Below, piece after piece: positions 58,703 to 64,000 of a stretch of 64,000 nucleotides of DNA. Location: assembly GCA_044229845.1 (NCBI GenBank), contig JBGASG010000001.1, forward strand, positions 544,001 through 608,000, read 5' to 3'. The translations under genes and the position numbers were made by a program. Source of the stretch: Candidatus Obscuribacteraceae bacterium. GTDB lineage: Bacteria > Cyanobacteriota > Vampirovibrionia > Obscuribacterales > Obscuribacteraceae. Under the pieces are notes generated by a model that was given only the letters and a program-made list of their open reading frames with translations, searched no databases and was not told where the DNA came from. Positions within the stretch are counted from its first letter, which is position 1. Each line of letters opens with the position of its first letter.

Positions 58703-59764
58703 CTAGCGGGCCATTTGCGTTACGAGTACAACGATGCCTGCCAGAGTGGCAAGCAGCATCAACGACAAAATCACTTGCATCCACATCGCCTGGCTGAGTG
58801 GCTTGTGGCGTTTGACGGCGTTTTGTCTGTCTGCTCCCACACCCACGCCGCGCACCGCGTTATCGAGATCTTCCATGAGGTCGACCGCGCTTTGATAGCG
58901 GTCTTCCGGTGCTTTCTTCATGCACTTGAGCGCGATGTACTCAAGGTCGCAAGCGAGCGGCGAGTTCTCCATCAGCTGGAAAAACGGTTGAGCAGGCTCG
59001 TTAATCTGAGCTTTGATCGTACTTTCCACGGTGTCACCACCGAAGGGTGGGTGTCCTACGAGCATCTCGCGGAGCATGCAACCAAGTGAATAAATGTCCG
59101 TGCGAGCATCCATGATCTCGCCGCGGCAGCGTTCAGGACTCATGTAATGAGAACTCTCAAGAACGTTATTGCGCGGGTTTGTGGAGTCAAGATCCTCCTC
59201 GGGCCGGCGCACGAAACGTCCGATGTCGAAATCGACAAGTTTGACTACGTCACTTTGAGACTCGCTTTCCGAGACGATCGCGTTGACCGGCTTTAAGTCT
59301 CCGTGCAAAACGCCCGTTTCATGGGCGTGGGAAAGCGCATCGGCGATCTGAATGGCGATGGCGGCTACTCGCGAGGCAGGCAGCGGTGATTCGGCATCGA
59401 TTAGTTCTCGTAGCGTCTCGCCGTTGAGCAAGTCCATGGCAAAGTACGGTTCATTTTGAGGAGTCAGACCGCTCTCGTAGACGGCCACTATGTTCGGATG
59501 ACTGAGTGAAACGATCGATTCAGACTTTCTCGTGAAGCTCGCACCGTCCACCGGATCCCTCAGCAACTCCTTCTTAAGGGTCTTTATGGCGACAGTGCGG
59601 TTGATTTGGGTTTGCCTGGCCTTGTAGACACGACCGAAGTCGCCCTCGCCAAGCAGCGAGATAATCTCGTAGCGCTCGGACAGCAGGCTGCCGATCAAAG
59701 GGTCAGCCTGTAGGGTTTTCTCGGTTTTGCTGCCGCTGGTTGTCGGCGTATCTTGGCTTGCCAC
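58703..59764 (-). CDS. Ser/Thr kinase-like protein with degenerate motifs, C-terminal TM
   Basis: GEGDFG, VAIK, HGDLKPVN, DFD (instead of DFG), YMSPE. Confidence 0.85.
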   Translation of the reverse strand: MASQDTPTTSGSKTEKTLQADPLIGSLLSERYEIISLLGEGDFGRVYKARQTQINRTVAIKTLKKELLRDPVDGASFTRKSESIVSLSHPNIVAVYESGLTPQNEPYFAMDLLNGETLRELIDAESPLPASRVAAIAIQIADALSHAHETGVLHGDLKPVNAIVSESESQSDVVKLVDFDIGRFVRRPEEDLDSTNPRNNVLESSHYMSPERCRGEIMDARTDIYSLGCMLREMLVGHPPFGGDTVESTIKAQINEPAQPFFQLMENSPLACDLEYIALKCMKKAPEDRYQSAVDLMEDLDNAVRGVGVGADRQNAVKRHKPLSQAMWMQVILSLMLLATLAGIVVLVTQMAR

Positions 59765-59952
59765 CGGGGAAGACCTCTACTCATAATTCATTTACCCAGC
59801 CTGGCCTGGAATGCAGCGCCTGGCGCTTTTTTCTCATGAGAGAAATTTGAGGATATGCGTTTAACCCTTGTTGTGGTGACGCACGGCTACGTTGGGTAGA
59901 TAATTAAAGTGCGCCGCGAGATATCAGCGGTTACTGAAGGACGCAGGGAAAA

Positions 59953-61023
59953 ATGAGCAATCAATCGGGCAGCGGCGGGGGCGGTAATACCGGCAACCGT
60001 CCGAAGAAAGACAACCCCAATGTCAGCGACATGATTTTGGGTGGCATGAAGTCGCGTGCTGGCAAAGAGACCAGCAGCTGGTTGAGCAATATGGCCGGCA
60101 AAGAAAGCGTCAAAGACCACATCGAACAGGAAGCTAACGCCGCCCAGGCGCGCCACACCGGACCGGCGCCCACCGGTAAAAACTCCATTGTCGCCTGGTT
60201 CGACAAGATTTTTGATAACTTCGCTCAGTACGAGGTCGAGTTCAACCGTGCCGTCTCCGGCACCGAACTGGCTGTCTCGGCGGAGCGTCCTGATTATTCC
60301 AATGCGGAGCTTTTCCGCGGCAAGCTGTCCACACGCGAGTGGGCGCTCGTGCTGCGCAACAAATCGGGCATCATAGAAGGATTCTTTGTGCCTTCCGACA
60401 AGATGATTGCATTCAGCATCAACGACAAGAGCTTTACGCGCATCCTGCAGATGAAGCCGGGAATGTCGGACGACGAACCGTGCTTCCTGGTCGGCGACAG
60501 AGGCACACCGGTCCTCTACTCGCAGTTACCCTATTTCAGCAAGCAGTTGTTTGGCGCTTTGATCCGCGTCGCTAAAGGCGAAGGCAGCGATCAAGAAGAG
60601 TTCATCTGGATGCCGCCATCTGCCATGCCCGAACGCCAGCCGACCAGCAAAGAATTTGATGCCGCACGCACTGCGGATAGCCCGATGCCGGCTGTCCCGT
60701 CGTCGATGCGGGCTTCCTCATCGCATGCCCTGCTGGGACAACCGCAAGCAGCACCGAATGCCTATGTGCAGCCTCGCCCGCTAGATGGCGACAGCGGGTT
60801 TGCTTCCGAGCCCATGACTCTGTCGGCAGCTTTTGATGCCGTGTTGCGCGCCATGGAATTCGAACTGGAAAACCTGGCGCAAGTTGGTGCGCAAGCATTC
60901 GAAGACAAAGACCAGGTGCGTGTGGATGCCGTCATGAAGCGCACTAACAAAGTGAAGGCCTATCGCGAAAGACTGCGCGGCGCCATCACCGAGTGGAAAT
61001 CGATACTGGCTTCGGAAGAATAA
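59953..61023 (+). CDS. hypothetical cytoplasmic protein
   Basis: Long ORF with AGGGA RBS; C-terminal helical hairpin. Confidence 0.7.
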   Translation: MSNQSGSGGGGNTGNRPKKDNPNVSDMILGGMKSRAGKETSSWLSNMAGKESVKDHIEQEANAAQARHTGPAPTGKNSIVAWFDKIFDNFAQYEVEFNRAVSGTELAVSAERPDYSNAELFRGKLSTREWALVLRNKSGIIEGFFVPSDKMIAFSINDKSFTRILQMKPGMSDDEPCFLVGDRGTPVLYSQLPYFSKQLFGALIRVAKGEGSDQEEFIWMPPSAMPERQPTSKEFDAARTADSPMPAVPSSMRASSSHALLGQPQAAPNAYVQPRPLDGDSGFASEPMTLSAAFDAVLRAMEFELENLAQVGAQAFEDKDQVRVDAVMKRTNKVKAYRERLRGAITEWKSILASEE

Positions 61024-61061
61024 TCTGCGTAATCTGCGAAGAAATAATCTAGCCGCTTAGC

Positions 61062-62663
61062 TTATGGCGGCTGTGAGCGGAAGTCTTCCAGGATGTCCGT
61101 ATTCGTCTGCGGTGGCAGCGAGTATCCACCGCCATTCCCTGAGCCGCCGCCGTGATGTTTTCGTATGGGCTTGTGGCGCTTGGGCGGCGCTGCCGGAGGA
61201 GAGACCGTAGTCGTCGTAGTCTCGGTCGCAGTCGTTGTCTGAGTTTGCGTATCTCCACCCGTCGTTTCTTGTGTGGCGTCGGTAGTGGTGGTTGTGTTGG
61301 TCTCTGTGCCACCGCTGCCGGTGCTGGTCGTGGTGCCGCTCTGGGTGTTGGTGTCGGTGGTGGATTGTTGCTGGTTGCTGCCGCCGCCGCCGTTTTGCTT
61401 GCTGTCTTCCATGGTCTTCCAGATGAAGAATCCGCCGACGCAAACTACGCCGAAGAAGAACATCATCATCAATCCGACGATTAAAATCACGGGCAACAAA
61501 TTGCTTTTCGCTGCCGGTTCACTTCCTTGTGCGGGTTGTTGTGTTGTGCGCGAGGACGCCAGGCTGGACGAAGCACCGCTTGTGGCACCACCGGCACTGC
61601 TGCCGGTGCGGGCGGCCGTGCTGCGGGCGGCGCCCTGTTGAGTCGAGCCCGGGTTGGCAACCACAAAACTGCCGCTTCCGGCTTTGGTCGAGCGTTTTAA
61701 TTCCGATTCCAAGGCACGTTTCAGTACGGTGCGCAATTCTGACATCGTTTGATAGCGCTTGGCCGGGTCCTTCTCCAGGCATTTGAAGACGATGGCTTCC
61801 AACTGGGGATCGATGGTGAGATCCGGGCGCACTTCTTTGAATGTTCTGGGTTGCTCGTAAATCTGTTTGACGATGATGGCGGCGATTTTGGTGGCATCGA
61901 ACGTCATCTCACCGGTCAGCGCTTCATACATCACCAATCCGAACGAGTAGATGTCGCTCCGCGGATCTAGTTTCTCGCCTTTGCACTGCTCCGGGCTCAT
62001 GTACACGGGGCTGCCCCAAACTTCGCCGGTTTTCGTCAGGCGCTGCGACACCATCTGGTCGTCGGTATATTTGACGATGCCGAAATCAACTACCTTGGTC
62101 AGGTGTTGATCATCTTCGCAGCGGACGAGCATAATGTTTTCAGGCTTCAAGTCCCGGTGGATGATGCCCTGCTTATGCGCATGATCCATGGCGTCACAAA
62201 CCTGAACAAACATGCGCAGGGCAAATGCCGGTGCCACCGGTCCCGCTTCTTCCAGCATCTTCTCGATGGAGCGACCCTTCAGGTACTCCATGATGAAATA
62301 CGGGCGGCCGGTGGGTGTCTGTCCGATATCGAAAATCTTCAACAGGTTCGGATGATCGAGTTTGCTCAGAGAACGAGCTTCTCTGGAGAAACGCTTTTGC
62401 TGGACCGGGTCGGACGCCAGCTCCGGACGCATTATTTTTACTGCCACGTAGCGGTCAACCGCCGTCTGTTTGGCTTTGTACACAATCGCCATGGCGCCCT
62501 GACCGATCATTTCGATCAATTCGAATCGACTGGCAAGCAGCTGTCCGATCAGCGGGTCTTTGACGCCGACAACTTTGTACACCTCATTGGCCCGACTGAT
62601 GCTGCCGGACAGGGTGCGTTTGAGGACGTCTAGTTTTTCTGCTGCACCGGAGGCTAAAGACAT
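61062..62663 (-). CDS. Hanks-type Ser/Thr protein kinase, single TM, Thr-rich tail
   Basis: GQGAMA, VAVK, HRDLKPEN, DFG, GSPVYMSPE. Confidence 0.93.
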   Translation of the reverse strand: MSLASGAAEKLDVLKRTLSGSISRANEVYKVVGVKDPLIGQLLASRFELIEMIGQGAMAIVYKAKQTAVDRYVAVKIMRPELASDPVQQKRFSREARSLSKLDHPNLLKIFDIGQTPTGRPYFIMEYLKGRSIEKMLEEAGPVAPAFALRMFVQVCDAMDHAHKQGIIHRDLKPENIMLVRCEDDQHLTKVVDFGIVKYTDDQMVSQRLTKTGEVWGSPVYMSPEQCKGEKLDPRSDIYSFGLVMYEALTGEMTFDATKIAAIIVKQIYEQPRTFKEVRPDLTIDPQLEAIVFKCLEKDPAKRYQTMSELRTVLKRALESELKRSTKAGSGSFVVANPGSTQQGAARSTAARTGSSAGGATSGASSSLASSRTTQQPAQGSEPAAKSNLLPVILIVGLMMMFFFGVVCVGGFFIWKTMEDSKQNGGGGSNQQQSTTDTNTQSGTTTSTGSGGTETNTTTTTDATQETTGGDTQTQTTTATETTTTTVSPPAAPPKRHKPIRKHHGGGSGNGGGYSLPPQTNTDILEDFRSQPP

Positions 62664-62672
62664 AGATTAACT

Positions 62673-62948
62673 CTAGGAGGAGGAGTCCGTGGTCGTGATC
62701 GGGGGTGGAGAGCCTCCGCCTGTGGCAGCAGCGTCATTCTCTTGCTGTTTCAGACCGACCTGTCTGAGAAAGTAACCGAGAACGATGACTACGACGCAAA
62801 AAATGACCAGCAGCATCCCGTAGCCGCCGTTTTGCTTGACCGGATACTTCTCTGGCGGCGTCCATTCGCCCATAGGCGCAGCTGCTGGAGTTTCTTGCGT
62901 GATTTCTACTTCTGGTTTCTTCAGATCCTGTTTGTCTTGTTCACTCAT
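62673..62948 (-). CDS. small single-TM protein
   Basis: Hydrophobic helix MLLVIFCVVVIVLGYFL; co-oriented between ppdK and the kinase. Confidence 0.65.
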   Translation of the reverse strand: MSEQDKQDLKKPEVEITQETPAAAPMGEWTPPEKYPVKQNGGYGMLLVIFCVVVIVLGYFLRQVGLKQQENDAAATGGGSPPPITTTDSSS

Positions 62949-62959
62949 GTGTAGAACCC

Positions 62960-64000
62960 TTATTTGTCTTTCTCTTCACCGCTCAAAGTCGCCTGTGCTG
63001 CTGCCAGTCTGGCTAATGGCACCCGGTAGGGTGAGCAGCTGACATATGCCAGCCCCAGCTGGTGAGCAAAACCGATTGAAGATGCCTCACCACCATGTTC
63101 TCCACATATACCCAGCTTGAGGTCCGGGCGTGTCTGTAATCCGTATTCAACAGCAATCTTCATAAGCTTGCCAACCCCGTTCTGGTCCAGAACCTCAAAC
63201 GGATTGTTGACCATTACTTTGTGGCTTTGACCGTTCCAGTCGATGCCCTCCAGATATTTCTGAAGAAACTTGCCTTCGGCGTCGTCTCGGCTGTAGCCGA
63301 AGGTCATTTGTGTCAGGTCGTTGGTGCCGAAACTGAAAAATTCGGCATGCTCGGCAATTTCATTGGCAGTCACGCAGGCGCGCGGTATTTCGATCATCGT
63401 TCCGAATTTATAGTCGACTGTGGTCTTTTCGCGGTCCATAACTTCTTTGGCCGTCGCTTCCAGTTGAGCTCGCGCCAGCTTTAATTCGGACGCCAACCCG
63501 ATCAGAGGAATCATAATCTCGGGATAGACTTGCATGCCTTCTTTCTTGACAGCAATCGCTGCTTCGAAGATCGCCTGCACCTGCATGATGTTGATCTCGG
63601 GAAACATGAGACCGAGCCGGCAGCCGCGCAGACCCATCATGGGATTGGCTTCCTTGAGTTCGTTCACCTTGTGCAGTAAAGTTTCCTTTTCGCGCAGCTC
63701 GGCGCCCTTCACCCCCTTGGCTTTCATGGTCGCTACTTCTTCCAGCAACTGATCATGCTTGGGAAGAAACTCGTGAAGCGGCGGATCGAGCAAGCGAATG
63801 GTTACCGGCAGTCCTTGCATGGCTTTGAAAATGCCGATGAAATCTTCACGCTGCATAGGCAGAAGTTTCTTCAGCGCATCCTGGCGTTCGCGAGATGTAT
63901 GGGCAAGAATCATCTCTTGCATGACGGCAAGCCGATTCTGGCTCATAAACATGTGTTCGGTGCGGCATAGCCCAATGCCCTCGGCTCCGAATTCGCGAGC
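62960..64000 (-). CDS. ppdK: pyruvate, phosphate dikinase, C-terminal part (starts beyond the window)
   Basis: TIRLLDPPLHEFLP, EANPMMGLRGCRLG, GTMIEIPRA, FSFGTNDLTQMTFGYSRDD, GICGEHGG, YVSCSPYRVP. Confidence 0.96.
   Translation of the reverse strand, partial: AREFGAEGIGLCRTEHMFMSQNRLAVMQEMILAHTSRERQDALKKLLPMQREDFIGIFKAMQGLPVTIRLLDPPLHEFLPKHDQLLEEVATMKAKGVKGAELREKETLLHKVNELKEANPMMGLRGCRLGLMFPEINIMQVQAIFEAAIAVKKEGMQVYPEIMIPLIGLASELKLARAQLEATAKEVMDREKTTVDYKFGTMIEIPRACVTANEIAEHAEFFSFGTNDLTQMTFGYSRDDAEGKFLQKYLEGIDWNGQSHKVMVNNPFEVLDQNGVGKLMKIAVEYGLQTRPDLKLGICGEHGGEASSIGFAHQLGLAYVSCSPYRVPLARLAAAQATLSGEEKDK

Overview
64 kb bacterial chromosomal window with many TPR proteins, three Hanks-type Ser/Thr kinases and an orphan DUF6088 gene. 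This profile suggests a non-photosynthetic Cyanobacteriota lineage (Vampirovibrionia/Melainabacteria, Obscuribacterales-like); the taxonomy is inference only. Housekeeping content: partial 2-oxoacid:ferredoxin oxidoreductase alpha subunit, guaD-hpt purine salvage, acyl-CoA ligase, NADH dehydrogenase II, nadC-nadA-nadB with an NrtR regulator and candidate NrtR boxes, a CHASE2 two-component pair, an M16 peptidase and partial ppdK. The most interesting region is 16.7-29 kb. (i) An orphan DUF6088/AbiEi-like gene is preceded by a ~600 bp non-coding array of ~30-bp palindromes. (ii) A 319-bp internally deleted IS200/IS605 element keeps both ends and the TnpB omega/reRNA region. It sits inside one of those palindromes, so its predicted guide partly matches a sibling repeat with a perfect TAM. 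(iii) A split, convergent SOS mutasome (dnaE2 versus imuA-imuB) has two promoters sharing a CATAC-N4-GTATG palindrome right after a TTGACG -35, a candidate lineage-specific LexA box. (iv) Two paralogous ~750-aa beta-rich lipoproteins lie between the mutasome halves. Several structured intergenic regions and small ORFs are also flagged. All product calls come from motif recognition by eye; no database searches were run.
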